NCBI RefSeq assembly: GCF_009914755.1
Contig: NC_060933.1
Origin: the human T2T-CHM13v2.0 reference genome, Homo sapiens
Strand: one strand, 5' to 3'
Length of the DNA stretch: 64,000 nt
The position numbers and the translations under genes are program-made. This document shows, in pieces, positions 1 through 64,000 of this stretch (the stretch's first letter is position 1; every line of letters begins with the position of its first letter). Under the pieces are notes generated by a model. The model had not been told where the DNA came from and did no database searches. It saw nothing but the letters and a program-made list of their open reading frames with translations.

Positions 1-776
1 AACCATTGCCTAATCCAAGGTTGCTTGGTCACTTTTTATAGTTTACTGTTCCCTTGAGATAATGTCAAATTTGTCTTTTATTTCTTTAAACATAGTGTAA
101 TGGTTTTATCATCTGCGACCGAGAATTCCAATATGTGAAGTTTTTGTGGCTGTTGTTTCATTGTTTTCCTCTGGCCTATGCTCCTCATGTAATGTGCTTC
201 TGCGTGTGCTAGGCTGCCTGATTGTGTGCTACTTATTGTTCCTGAAAATTTTTAGGAATAATATAAAGCCTAAGATGAGTTGCTTTTTGGTAGGGAGGAC
301 TTATGTTTGCTTTTGCCAGATAGATACCTTTAAACCAAATACCCATCTTGAGACCTTTTAAACTACCAAAGTGCTGCAGATTACAACTACAGATTTATGT
401 GAAAGCTGGCTTGTGGTCACCACACCTCAGAGACACTCCCCTGCTCAGCTCTGCTCGGTGCTGTGACAACTTCCTTGTAGTTTTTGGTGGTGGAGGTGGT
501 TTCTTCTGATTCCCTCTTCCTTCAGTGTGCAGCCCTTTGGGATCCTAGCATAATGTGGGGCAGGGCTCCTATTGGACTTGCCTACCCCAGTGGGTCTTGG
601 GATTTGACTCTTTGTCCCCAACAAGGTCACCAAAATCCAAATTCAATTTTGCTGGGATTGACAAACATCCTCAAGCCAAAAAGGACTTTCATGCTGCATT
701 TACCTCTGTGCGTTCCCACTTGCCTTTCAGTTTTAATTGGCAATTCCTACAATCTGGTAAGCACTCCAGTGCTTTT

Positions 777-1076
777 TTCCCACCCCTCCCCCCGGCCAAG
801 ACAGAGTCTTGCTGTGTCACCCAGGCTGGAGTGCAGTGACACTATCTCGGCTCACTGCACCTCCGCCTCCTGGGTTCAAGCAATTCTTCTGCCTCAGCCT
901 CCCAAGTAGCTGGGATTACAGGTGTGAGCCACCATGCCTAGCTAATTTTTGTATTTTTAGTAGAGATGGGATTTCACCATGTTGGCTAGGCTGGTCTCGA
1001 ACTCCTGACCTCATGATCTGCCAGCCTTGGCCTCCCAATGTGCTGGGATTACAGGCATGAGCCGCTGCGCCCGGCC
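777..1076 (-). mobile_element. Alu (AluS-like) with G-rich tail
   Basis: Alu body; TSD tccagtgctttt at 765-776 and 1077-1088. Confidence 0.93.
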
Positions 1077-2236
1077 TCCAGTGCTTTTAAGGAGATGATT
1101 TTAATATTTTTCTAGTACTTTTAGTTTTTTCAGTGGGAGGGTTGATCTGAATAACCTAGCCTGCCATTACCAAAAACATAAGTTATATCGGGAGTGCTTT
1201 TCATATAATGTGACAAAACATTCATTCAACTGGCATTCATAGGGTCATTTCCTAGTGCCAGACAGGCTGAGCCCTGGATGTAGGATTGAATAAGCCTGCT
1301 GAAGTCCCTGCTCCTAGGGGCCTGCAGATGGCAGGGAGAGCCATCAGTAACCAATACAAACACATAGAAGGATTGCAAATTTTGGTAACTACTGTGGCAA
1401 AAACAGAGGACCATGGTGCAAAGAAACAGGAAGAGCCCTATTTAAGATGGGGTCGTCAGAAAGCCCTTACCAGCGACAGCCAGTGAGGCCAAGCCTCTGA
1501 ACAGTGCTTCTCAGACTGTCCATCTTTTCAATTTCCGGTCAGTTGCAGGAAATTAAATATGTGATCCTACTCTGCATAACTAGTACACAGAACCCACCTT
1601 ATGCAACTCATCAAGGAATTGGATATCATCCAGATTGGTCTGGACAGTTTCATGAGATGAATCCACTGAACATGTACTTACATGCCACAGGCATGTCAGA
1701 ACACTGTAAAGGTTTCTTGTACACCTTGTCATGGACTAGTAAACAGTTTGCAGATTGGCATCCATCAGAATGGACCATACTTTCCTGCCTTAGAGTTCAT
1801 CTGGGCCAATCCCCTTCCCAATGCATGAGTTCCTGCATCAGCTTTGCCAGCAGTTAGCTGATCTGTTCCTGCTTGAGTGTATCTCCAGTAATGGGAAACT
1901 TGATACCTCCTTTATAGGACTTTTTTCCTCCTGACACCAATCAATTCTGACACCAACTGAGTGTCCTACAATTCAATTCTCACACCGACTACCTGGAGTT
2001 AGCGTCAGACTCCACAGGTTTAAGGGCTCAGTCCCACAAGACTGTCCTCATTTCAGAAGCCAGTCACAAGCATTGGGTCCCCAGATTACCTACATTCCAC
2101 ATTTCTTACCAACTTGGCTACAAAGTCAGGTAGCCGTTACCACAGCCTCCTCCTCAGCTTCCATAACTCCCTAAAATCACTCACAGAATTCATGAAAGCA
2201 CTTTTTTTTTTTTACTATTACTGATATATTATAAAG

Positions 2237-2743
2237 CATCAGTCCCCAACCTTTTTAGCACCAGGGACCAGTTTTGTGGAAGACAAGTTTTTCCACGGAC
2301 CAGGCAGTGGGAGATGGTTTCAGGATGATTCAAGCACATTACACTTATTGTGCCCTTTACTTCTATTATTATTACATTGTAATATATAATGAAATAATTA
2401 TACTACTCATCATAAGGTAGAATCAGTGGGAGCCCTGAGCTTGTTTTCCTGCAAATAGACGGTTCCATCTGGGAGTTATAGGAGACAGTGACAAATCATC
2501 AGGCATTGGATTCTCATGAGGAGCACACAACCTAGATCCCTCGCATGTGCATTTCACAATAGGGTTCATGCTCCTGCGAGGATCTAATGCTGCTGCTGAT
2601 CTGACAGGAGACGGAGCTCAGGTGGTAATATAAGTGATGGGAGTGGCTGCAAATATAGATGAAGCTTTGCTCACCCACCACTCACCTCCTGCTGTGTAGC
2701 CCAGTTCCTAAGAGGCTATGGACCAATACCAGGGGTTGGTCTG
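2237..2743 (+). mobile_element. MER1A (hAT-Charlie) non-autonomous DNA transposon
   Basis: gtccccaacctttttagcaccagggacc start; 8-bp TSD TTATAAAG at 2229-2236 and 2744-2751, the length typical of hAT elements. Confidence 0.85.
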
Positions 2744-2939
2744 TTATAAAGAGTACAACTCAGGAAGAACCAAATGGAAGAGATGCATAGGGCAAGGTAT
2801 GGGGGTGGTGGCATGGAGCTTCAATACCTTCTCCAGTTGTATCCATATTTTCAGTACCTCAATATGTTCCCCAACATGGAAGCTCCCTAAGCCCCATGAT
2901 TTAGGGGTTTATATAGAGGTTTCATCAGGTAGGCATGAC

Positions 2940-3258
<319 letters not shown>

Positions 3259-3610
3259 TAATTAAATCATTGGCCATGGATGACTGCCTCAATCTTCAAA
3301 CCCTCTCTCACCCTGGAGGTTGGGGTATGGAGCTGAAAGTTCCAAGTTTCCAATCAAGGCTTAGTCTTTCTGGCAGCCACCCCCGATCCTGCAGCTATCT
3401 AGGAGCCCCCTGTGAGTCCCCTCCTTAGAACAAAAGATGTTCCTGTCACCCTTATCACTCAGGAGCTCTGTGCTAGGAACCACTAACAAAGACCAAATAC
3501 GTATTCCCATTATACCACAACCCTAAAGCAGTTAATTCCATTTTTCAGAATCTCTTAATTTCTAGAAAGGTCTTTTTATTGAACATAATTCACCTGTCTA
3601 CTGTATTTTC

Positions 3611-3913
3611 TTTTTCTTTTCTTTTTTGAGACACGGTCTCCCTCCCTCTGTCACCTAGGCTGGAGTGCAGTGGTGCAGTGATGGCTCAATGAAGCCTCGA
3701 CCTCCATGGCTCAGGTGATCCTCCAACCTCAGCCTCCTGTGCAGCTGGGCCTACAGGCGCAGGCCACCACGTCTGGCTAATATTTGTATTTTTTGTAGAG
3801 ATGGGGTTTTGCCATGTTGCCCAGGCTGATCTTAAACTCCTGGGCTGAAGTAATTCGCCCACCTCAGCCTCCCAAAGTTTTGGGATTTCAGCTGTGAGCC
3901 ACTGAGCCCAGCC
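3611..3913 (-). mobile_element. Alu (AluJ-like)
   Basis: Diverged Alu with J-type features (gtgatcctcc, ctcctgggct). Confidence 0.88.
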
Positions 3914-4465
3914 TATATTTTCTTTTTTCTTTTTTTTCTTTTTTAACACAAGGACAATTTTAATCCTACATTTTCCTATAGTATAACAGCATCCATTGCT
4001 AGCTATCTATGAATTGAAACTGCATTTGCTAAGAACTGTGAACATTAAGAAGCTTTACATGAAGTCACATGTGTTGATATAGGCACATAGACATCTTCTA
4101 GCACCAACAGAATACATACGTAACACATACCGAATGATCTTGATGGATATATTTGCTCCACCAGGTAATTCTATTTAGTAAAATTCAGTTAATGCAGAAT
4201 CCCATTTTTAAAATTTACATCTTTATTACACATTTTTTTATTTTTAAAAAGTCATTCCAGATTGTAATTTGCATGGCAATAAACAGTGGCTTCATGGATT
4301 CTTAGTTTCTTAAAGCTGTCTATAGCAATTTAAAACACAAGTCTTCTTTTCAATTTGCAGCACCTGACTTAAAGTTTAAATTCATCGAATGTACTCATTA
4401 AAACTGTTCAGTTTCTCTTATGAGAAAGACATGTTTCAATTGCTATTTCCCAAACTATCTGTTGA

Positions 4466-5068
<603 letters not shown>

Positions 5069-5509
5069 TAATTTTTTATATTATAAATAAGATTGTAATG
5101 AACACCTTCATCCATAAGTTTTATGCGAGACTGGTTATTTCTTTAGAATAATATCAAAGAAGTGGCTTACTGGTTCAAACAGTACATGTGGTTTTAAGGC
5201 TTTTAATATAATTTACTGAATAATCTCCAGAGTAGCTCAAAAAAGTCCTGCCGACAGTATGTTATTATGCCTCCAGAGTCGACTTGCTAACAGTGAAGCA
5301 AATTCAACCACAAATTTATTAGATTCTCACCTATCTCAAGATTATCACATCAAAGAAGCAAGAAGATGTATTACTGGTGAGGAAGCCAAATTCAAATTCT
5401 TTCAGAAAATTCACTCAACTTTAGATCTGTAAAATAGTCAACAGAAATGCTTCCCACAAAAAGTCTACAGGGCTTTTCCAAAAATAAAAAGAGAGAAAGA
5501 GAAAAGTCA

Positions 5510-6485
<976 letters not shown>

Positions 6486-6900
6486 TAAAGGCCTGTCTCC
6501 CTTTGGCCATATCGAGATTAAGCTCAGGTCATTAAAAACAGACAGATTTTCAAAATCACTTCTTTACTTCTCCAAGATCTTCAGTGCTGTCATCATTTAC
6601 CTCTGGCCAGTTTTCCTGAATAACATCAATTATGTCATCTGTAAAGTCTTCCTGAATGATAATTTCTTCCTCTTCTGTTACTGAGGCACCACACAATTTT
6701 TGAGCAAAAAATCTTTGTGCTTTTTTAAGATCAATTTCAAAAGTTAGAGGCCACACATTCATGTTACATGTTTCTTCTCTGTTGTGGGAATTTTGGCTGT
6801 GTAACCTTTTCTGGTATGGCCTTCTTTTCTTTGTTTTATTTGACCCCTTTCACCTCTCTTTTGTATTTTATTCTTCTCTTCTGCCCCTGCTGTTCCTTGA

Positions 6901-7320
<420 letters not shown>

Positions 7321-8029
7321 TAGCCTGTTGGTAATGAACAGACTCCACAATAAAGGACTCACAGTGGGTAATCAGCATCTAACTCGGCCCTGTTCCTTAG
7401 GTCTCCTTTGCACTTGGCCCCATAGGATTCAGAAATGTCTGCAGCCATTTCACAAACCCAGGTGGTTCCCTCTGCTATTGCCAGTTGAAGCGACACATGG
7501 AACTATCATCTGTATTTTCCACTCAGTGTTTCTATTTATATTCTCCATAGCCCCAGACTGTAAGTCTGAGCCCTCTTCAATGTGACATCTGTTGTTTTCC
7601 TCCTAAGACACAGGATCAGTTCCATCATTGTCATCCTTATTGCTGTTCCTTGGACACATGTGAGGTTGTTATTGAACCTTTTGGACCAAAGTGCTCAGAA
7701 CCGAACACAGGGCTCTGGGCATGCTCCACACAGCCACAGAGTGGAGCAGGCTCATCCCCTTTCTTGCTGTAGACACTCTACCTCTTTTTATGGACCCTAA
7801 TGACTCATTATGAACCTACAATATGCTACTTTGCCCACCCCCCATCTTTTTCACATGTGCTGGTGTTTAGCTGTGGAGCAGCACTATGATATAATGGAGA
7901 CTATTTTGGAGTCAAACAAACCTGGGTTCAAACCTCAGCTCTACCACTCTCTAGTTTACAATTCAGTGTCTCTGTGCCTCAATTTCCTAATGGGTAAAAA
8001 GGGAGGGGAAATCCTTCCTTATACCATCT

Positions 8030-8370
8030 GAGCTTGTCCTTCAGTAATTTGTATTTTGTATCTAAGTGTAGGATCTTGCATTGTCTACATTGAATTTAAT
8101 CTCATTAGTGTGTCTCATAATTCCTAATTGTCAAGACTTTTTGGTGACATCTTGATTCTGTCACCTGTCCTGTTAGCTAACCCACTAAGCAGCTTTATTT
8201 TACCTTCAGATGTGCTTGTCTTGCCATGTGTGTGCTTATTCAGATTATTAATTAAAATGAGTGTGACCCCTGGGTGGATCACTGGGGACCTCCCTTACAG
8301 CTCACTTGTATGTATCAATTAGTAGATGGTGCAGCAGAGGGGACAATCTTTCAGCTTTTTACAAATCTAT
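8030..8370 (-). mobile_element. L3/CR1 LINE fragment; further pieces at about 1870-1911, 3520-3610 and 7510-7600
   Basis: Resembles remembered L3 consensus (tgtcaag...atcttgattctgtca...ttagcta). Confidence 0.6.
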
Positions 8371-8387
8371 CTTCCTTAGCATTGGGA

Positions 8388-8391
<4 letters not shown>

Positions 8392-8420
<29 letters not shown>

Positions 8421-8703
8421 GAGACAGAGTCTCGCTCTGTCGCCCAGGCTGGAGTGTGCAGTGGCGTGATCTCGGCTCACTGCAAGCTCCGCCTCCTGGG
8501 TTCACGCCATTCTCCTGCCTCAGCCTCCAGAGTAGCTGGGACTACAGGCGCCTGCCACCACACCTGGCTAGTTTTTTCTATTTTTAGTAGAGACAGGGTT
8601 TCACCGTGTCAGCCAGGATGGTCTCGATCTCCTGACCTCATGATCCACCCACCTCGGCCTCCCAAAGTGCTTGGATTACAGGCTTGAGCCACCGCGCTCG
8701 GCC
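8392..8703 (-). mobile_element. Alu (AluY-like)
   Basis: Long T tract; ggatggtctcgatctcctgacctc diagnostic. Confidence 0.94.
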
Positions 8704-9331
8704 GGGAGAACTGTTATACACTGTTGGAGGATATGAAAATTACCACAATCTTTTGGGAAGGCAATTAGCAATAATTAAAAATGTGTATACCATTTGGCAA
8801 GACCTTCTATTGCTAGGATGTATATTGTAGCATTATTTAAAATAGGAAAAAAACTGGAAACAGCATCAATTTCTTTCAGTAGAGGAATTATCATGTAAAC
8901 TATGGTCCATTTACACAATGAACTGGTTAGTGGCCATTAGAATGAGGTAGACACATATGTACTACTACACAAAAAATGTTTAAGATACATGTTAGACATA
9001 AAGGCAAGTTCCAGAATGACTTGTTTAATATCATGCCATTTTTCTTAAAAACAAAAAAATGGGAAATATGCTCGTCAAGATGCGAGAAAATTTCTGAAAA
9101 GATACTGAAGAATATAATAGTAATTGTTTCTGGAGAATGGAAATGGGAGCTCAGTAAAGAAGCTGGAGCTGGAGGACCTTAACTTTCCACTTGATGCCCT
9201 CATATACTGTTTACATATTTTACAAGCTTATATTCATTCAACTGAAGAGTTGAATTTTTTAAAAGAAGAATCTATGTAGTTGTTAAAAAGAACAAAATAG
9301 ATCTATATGTATTGACATAGAAATATTCCCG

Positions 9332-9737
<406 letters not shown>

Positions 9738-10719
9738 TTATGTATGTATATATATTTTTGTATGTATATATGTATGTGAATGTGTGATATGTGTGTATGT
9801 GTGTATAAAGTAAACACATCTTTGTAAATGCATAAAAAGATCTGGGATTATTCAGACCAATCTAGTAGCATGGTTATTAGAGGGAAAAGAAGTAGGTTGG
9901 GTCATGGAGGATGGGGGAAAGAAAAAGATTTTAACCTTTGTGTAGTTTCACATTTTTATAATCAGCTTTCATGCTTACATTTGTAATTTTTTAAAAGTTT
10001 TAGTTTGTTTTTTAAAAGAATCCATTTTCCCTACTGCCATGTTATCTCAGCAGTTTAACCTAGGAACTGAAGTAAAATCAGCGTAACTGCATTCATTCAT
10101 GTATTGAACTCACTCTGGAATAGACTCTATGAAAAATCAAAGGAATTATTTTAAAACTGTGGATACCATTTGTATTCTGAGTTTCTGTATTTTGTGGATT
10201 CCCTGCTTAAAGTCAAATATTTGAGAACATTCAAATAAAATCAGGGTGTCATATATGGATTTTGATTACATTATCCTCAAAATATCCTGGCCAGATTCAG
10301 TCTTCCTCCGTCACATCCCACAAGTATAAGTAGGGGGTGGGGGAAGATAATGAAGACAGTGAGAAGCTTTGGTGGGCTTTGGATCTGATGCAGAAATGAT
10401 TCAGGACTTTTGGGTCTCTGTGGGCATGTACAGGCCTGAATGCAGCATGGAGCAACTTGAGTTCATTTCCCTCTGTTGTAGCCTTTCACAAATGTTTACC
10501 TAAAGGGCATAAAATAAGCATGAGTGTTTGCAATGTTAAACTTCAGTTATCTGGAAAGTGTACTCATCAGCCTATTTTCTCCTAACTTTCTAGTTGATGT
10601 CAAATGAATAATGTGTTCCTGTTTCATTGTCACCTTAAACTCCTATAGACAGAGTTTCTATATCTCCAAGATCTTTTGTAAAATAGGTGACACTTAAATT
10701 AGTTAGGATTTATTGTAGG

Positions 10720-11720
<1,001 letters not shown>

Positions 11721-12014
11721 CCTTTACTGTCCACTAGTACTACACATCATCGGAACCTGGAGCTTGTGTTCAGAGTTCTTCTTCAGGGTCCTGGGAAAAG
11801 TGGGATTTTTTTTGTTGTTGTTTTTTGTTGCCTAGTCTCCATTGCTTTTGTCAGTTCCTGCATGTATTTTTGTCTTTACACCTCATCAAATGTGGTTTTA
11901 GCAAGGGATGGGAAGTGTCTTGCTCTGTAAGACTCACAACATTTTTGGAGTTGGGTTATTTCCCCTGTGTTTTGGTTAAGTATTCAGTGAAGAGGAAAGT
12001 GAAATAGGTAACTT

Positions 12015-12361
<347 letters not shown>

Positions 12362-12763
12362 CCAGTAATTTTTTAATCATTAAAGAAAACTCCTCATATT
12401 GACAGTTGGTATTCAGCATGCCAGTGCCTCTGGAGTCCCATCTCTCCCTCTGCGATGCTGAGCAGCACCTTGCGCCTCCCTGTGGTGTTCCATTCTACAC
12501 TTGGCAGTGTTCAAATCTCTGGGAGGCAGACAGTTGCAAGTGCTTCAGAAGCCTAGGGCATGCAGGTCATTTTCCATGCCTTTGAATCCCCTTGGAAATC
12601 TGCTAAAACCCCTAGACCCCTTCTCAGAATAATGTTTTTAAATACATGAAATTAAATACTAGGATTACAAAGGAAAACAGTTGTATTGAAATAATTATCA
12701 ACATGATTTTTGAAACCTAATTTATGATACAGTAATATATATGATTTTAAAATACATTAAATA

Positions 12764-13360
12764 GGCCAGATGTAGTGGCTCACGCCTGTAATCCCAGCAC
12801 TTTGGGAGGCTGAGGTGTGTGGATGACTCGAGGTCAGGAGTTCGAGACCAGCCTGGCCAACGTGACGAAACCCCGTCTGTACTAAAAATACAAAATGCAG
12901 TCAAGTGTGGCCGGGCGCGGTGGCTCACGCCTGTAATCCCAACACTTTGGGAGGCCGAGGCGGGCGGATCACGAGGTCAGGAGATCAAGACCATCCTGGC
13001 TAACACGGTGAAACCCCGTCTCTACTAAAAATACAAAAAATTAGCCGGGCGTGGTGGCAGGCGCCTGTAGTCCCAGCTACTCAGGAGGCTGAGGCAGGAG
13101 AATGGCGTGAACCCGGGAGGTGGAGCTTTCAGTGAGTCTAGATCGCGCCACTCTACTCCAGCCTGGATGACAGAGGGAAATTCTGTCTCAAAAAAAAAAA
13201 AAAAGCTGGTGTGGTGGCACACACCTGTAATCCTATCTACTCGGGAGGCTGAGGTAGTAGAATTGTTTGAACCTCAGAAACAGGTTGCAGTGAGCCAAGA
13301 TCACGCCGCTGCACTCCAGCATGGGCAACAGAGCAAGACTCCGTCTCAACAAAAAATAAA
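12764..13360 (+). mobile_element. AluS with an AluY (about 12909-13204) nested in its linker
   Basis: Left arm, complete Alu, right arm; outer TSD aatacattaaata at 12751 and 13381. Confidence 0.88.
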
Positions 13361-14810
13361 TACATTAATTAATTAATTATAATACATTAAATAATGAATC
13401 TAGCAGCAGGCCTCATAAATACTGTAATTTTGAAAAGTGAAGAGTGTAAACAGTATTTTAAGATATCAGCAATCACTATAATGAATTCTGAAAATATCTT
13501 TGATTTTTTTTTTGTCGGCATGGTTACCAGAACTGTCCATTCTATAGTTTTTTTGCATATATTCATAACTGAATGAAACACTAAATTTTAGTTAGAACTT
13601 AGGGAAAATAAAGTTATATTTGTTTTGCCCCATCCAAGTTTATGCCCCGCTCTCTGTGCTGAATTCTTTTAGAACTGGCATAGAGCATTGTTTCTCAAAG
13701 TTCAGTTTTCATCAGAACCACTTGTAAAACAGTTGCTGGTTCCCCACTCATAGAGATCTTAAGGAAGAAGTTTACGATGGGCCCAAGAGTGCACATTTTA
13801 ACAAATTTGAGAAGCACAGAACTAAGATCTGTTGCTGCTACCTGAAAGAAGCTTGTCTGTGCCATCCACGCATCTCTTGGAGGCCCCAGAAGTTTAAACG
13901 TCCTGATGACAGCTTAGGAGTTTACTCTCTAGGCGAGAGAGAAAGACGTTCATGACAGTGTTGCTTTTAGTAGAACAAAGAAAAATAACTGTGATAGGCA
14001 ACTGATCAAGCACAATAATGTGCAATTATGCAGTGAATACATGGAGTTGTTATGATGTAAATACATATTTATTAATAGTCATAGTGGGAAAATGTGATAC
14101 CAAATAGTATGCCTATTGTGATCTCTGTATATGCAAATGAAAAATTGTGGAACAATACACGAAAATGTTAATTTGAAAATTCAGGTGATTTTTGTTTAAC
14201 CTTTGTTTTCTAATAGGGCTAACAAGTTTTTTTTAATGTGTCAAGTAAATAAAAGTTTTAGAAATACTAAAAAATAAAAAAATAAAAAGATAAAAAGTTT
14301 ACTCTCTAGGCTCTGCTCTAGCTTTGTAGGATCCAAGGCCTTGGGACCATGACACCAACCACTGTGGAGTCTGGCTGAGGCCAGCTTCCTTGGCTGGACT
14401 CCCCCTATGTCTGGTCAGCTGATGCCTGAGGCTGGCTGGTGGGTCATGCCATCGCTGCATGCCCTGCAGTGTCATAGTGGAAAGACCTGGAGACCAGGAG
14501 TACTGCCAGTAGTTCATGGTTATAAAGTAAATAACTGTTGATAATGAATCATGCGAAAGTCCTACAAGGAACAAAATCCAATGATATGCTTTCACCAAAA
14601 GGTAAAAACTAAGAGGTAATATCTTGAATAGGTAATCAAAATTAACATCACCACTGAGGAACAGATGGGTATTTTGAAATATGATAAGCTGAGGACAAAC
14701 CTCACTTACATGGTATTCCAGCCAAGTCTGCATACCCTGAATCTAACTGGGGAAATATCAGACAAACCCAAAATGAGGAGGGAAGATGCTGCATTCTTCA
14801 AAAATGTCAA

Positions 14811-15022
14811 AATCAGACACAAAGAAGGGAACTATAGACACTGGGGCCTACTTGGGGGTGGAAGGTAAGGAATGAAAAATTACCTATTGGGTATTATGCT
14901 GATTACCTGAGTGACAAAGTTATCTGTTTACCAAACCCCTGCAACACACAATTTGCCCATGTAACAAGCCTGCACATGTACCCCTTCAACCTAAAATACA
15001 AAATGGAAACAAAAAAAAAAAT
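14811..15022 (+). mobile_element. 5'-truncated L1P-type 3' end with A-tail, inserted in an older L1M fragment (about 14530-15500)
   Basis: catgtaacaagcctgcacatgtacccc...cctaaaata; flanking repeat aaaaatgtcaa. Confidence 0.75.
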
Positions 15023-16962
15023 AGTGACAGTCAAAAAATGTCAATGTCATAAAGACAAAGAGTCAGTGGAAATGTTGCAGATGAAGGGAGTCTAAAGAAA
15101 CACAATGAAATGATCCTGTACTGAAGAGAGAAAATGCTTAAAATGACATTGTTGACTCAACTGACAACATTAGAATACAGATGGCATCAATGTTAGACTT
15201 AGAAAAGTTGATAAAGCTCTACTGTGGTTACGTAAGAACATAGCCCTACTCTTGCGAAATACACACTGAAGTATTTAGGGATGAAGCCTATTATTTTACA
15301 TCTGAGTCTTAAATGGTTCAGAAAAAATATTGTATATGTGTGTATGTTTGTGTGTGTGTTGGGGGTTGTGAACAAATGAGCCAGTGGGGTAAAACATTAA
15401 CAGTAGGTAAATCTGGTAAGTAAAAGGTAAACATGCTTTTTTACACTGCTCTTATTCTTGCAGCTTTTATATAAATTTAAAATTATTTCCAAATAAAAAT
15501 TCATATGTATGTAGCAATAGCTAGTTTTTTAAAATTCCAGAAAATCTGATAAAAGCAAAATAATACTAAAATTTTCACCTACGTTTTTACTCCTTAATAG
15601 GCTTAAAAGGCAGGACATAAAAAAGGACACAGAAGATGATGTAATGGTTAAGATAAAAAAAGAAAAAAGAAGAAACCTCTGGAATTGGAACTGGTTTCAG
15701 TTCCAGCTCCACTACTTATTATCTCTGTAGCCTTGGGCAACATGTTTAAACTCTCTCAGTCTCAATTTCCTCATCTGAAAGTAGGGGGATAAAATAGAAT
15801 CTATCTCATAAGGTTGATGGGTGGTTCTGGAGATAATGCATATAAAATGCTTAGCCTAATACTTGGCATTTAGCACTCTCTCAATGCATGTCAGTATTTC
15901 CAGAGCAATGACAAGGACAGAGAGCTTCCCGTTTCATTTTATAAGGTAACATAACCCTGAAAGCATGACAGAAATACAAATAGAAAGGAAGCCTATAGAT
16001 CTATCACACAAATATGATACATAAATCATTTGTTAAAGTCAAGCAGTATATTAAAAGAATACTATACCATGACCTAGTAGGGTGGATTCCAGAAATGTAA
16101 GAACCTTTCAATGCCAGAAGAGCTATTACTATATTCATTATTCATTCATTACATTACATACTGTGATTCCCCCCATTTAACCTGTTCTCTCAACAGTTGC
16201 CCCCCAAAAAAAGCTTTTGGTAAATTTAATTTTCATTCCTGAGAAAAGCCTCTTTGTAAACTTCCAATTGAAGGAAACATCTTTAGCATGATAAAGAAAC
16301 TGACCACAGACATCTAGTAAATCGCTAGAGGCATGTCAAAGTCAGAGAGTATGTTCCAGTAGTCTGTCTTACATACGTGGCACGATGGAGATATCAACAA
16401 AGCTGCAATAGAGTGACATCAGTCATGTGGGAAAACTGACATCTAACACAGTCTCAGCCCAGACCATGCAAGATTCAGACATTTACTGTAAACAGTAATT
16501 TAATGCCTTATAAGGATTGAGAATGATAGAGTGTTCAATAAGTAGAACTGAGTTAATTGATAAATGATTTGGGGAAAATTGATCCTTCAGAGCATACATC
16601 AAAATAAATGATAAGGAATGAACTATAAAAATGAAGCATCTAAAAGAATATAGAGGTAAACAGTTTCGTTAATGCTGGGATGGGGGAATTTTTTATAGTA
16701 ATTAAGCAAAAGCCATAAAGGGAAAAAAATGAAAAATTTGCTTATGTAAACATTTTGAAACATCTATGTGGCCAAAAATACCATAGAACAAGTTTAAAAG
16801 CAAAAATTTGATCAGAAGAAATTATTTGCAATCTATTTCAAAGATTTCACAAAAGAATACAATAATCAGAAAACTGGCAAAGGACATAAACAGGTAACCC
16901 AAAAAATAATTGTAAATGACCAATAAAAATATGAAGAAAAGCTTCAATCTAAATGTTATACA

Positions 16963-17268
<306 letters not shown>

Positions 17269-18098
17269 TTAAATTGTAAGGAGGCAATGTTGACAGTATA
17301 GGGAAGATGGTACCCTCAGCCATTGCTGGTGGAACTATAATTTTGTATCAGTCCTCCTAGATGTCAGATTGGCATTGTGTTGCAGATCCTCGACAACATG
17401 CATACCCTTTGACAAAGAAATTTAACTTCTAAGAATTATCCTAAAGAAATAATTGAATAAGTAAGTATGCAAACGTGGAATTAGAAGATGATAAATTTTA
17501 TTTACAATAACAAAAATTGGAAGCAGCCTAATTGTCCAGTATTATTAGTTGTATCTATATAATAAAAGAGTATAGAGCCAATAACACAGGATTATATTTA
17601 TTGACATGTAAAATAGTTATTGGCAAAGCAAGCCACAAAACTGTATATTCAATATAATTTCATCTTATTAAGAAAAATACGTATGTATATGCATGGGGAA
17701 AAAAAAAAACAGAAAAAACCTACCAAAACATGGATTAATTCTAGATGAATTGTGCCTGTTACAGGGGTAACAAAAAGAAGGGGGTTCCTCTAGGGGGCAC
17801 CAACTCCCAAATACTGTGGAAGTTTCAGCCCAGAAAGGAGAGGTACTTGGTACCCATTTTAGGAATAGCTGAACTCACCGGTTCACTGGTTATTTTTCCT
17901 ACACCCCAAAGGCCTCCTGGATGCTTCCACGATGTGAATTTAGACTGGGTGTCTTTTCTAATGAGAACATGCAGCCACAGCCCTTGGGTGTATGCTTTTA
18001 ACAATGATTTTTCTGGTTCTTTGGCCGCTGGTTCATTGCCAGGTTCATGTTTACTTTCTGAATAAGCCTCTTAATGTCACAACTTTGTTCCATTACAG

Positions 18099-63853
<45,755 letters not shown>

Positions 63854-64000
63854 GTAAGCCAGCGGTTGTGGGGACAAGTGAGAATCAGAAAAGAGTAATC
63901 ATCGTTGTGTATTCTAACCCTGACATGCCATGATTTGGATTTCTTTAAAATTATGTACTATTCATCACATCAGTATTATGTGATTCACTATTTAGACTGA

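Noticed and set aside
6556-6762. 68-aa SUI1-like ORF as a functional micro-protein
   Set aside because: It is the tail of the DENR pseudogene, with upstream stops, a frameshift, an Alu insertion, substitutions at conserved positions and no evident promoter

Overview
Primate (most likely human) genomic DNA, Alu/L1/L2/MIR-rich, with no prokaryotic features. The whole window lies inside GARNL3 on the + strand. I traced 19 consecutive coding exons (18099..63853) with GT-AG borders and consistent phases. They total 1875 nt (625 codons, no stops), cover the Rap-GAP domain and the start of the CNH (citron homology) domain, and neither the start nor the stop codon is in the window. The first ~18 kb is one large intron holding a full-length antisense processed pseudogene of DENR, inside a nest of insertions that split an old L3/CR1 LINE. 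The best-supported unusual feature is a U12-type (minor spliceosome) intron at 42714..44592, immediately after the catalytic HIGND exon; it contains strong U2-type sites. Other leads are a 27-nt microexon, a THE1A LTR abutting a branch point, tandem splice sites, and candidate cryptic exons. I see no convincing evidence of a wholly new biological system. Repeat-family names and the GARNL3/DENR comparisons rest on remembered consensus and protein sequences, not on searches, and repeat boundaries are approximate.
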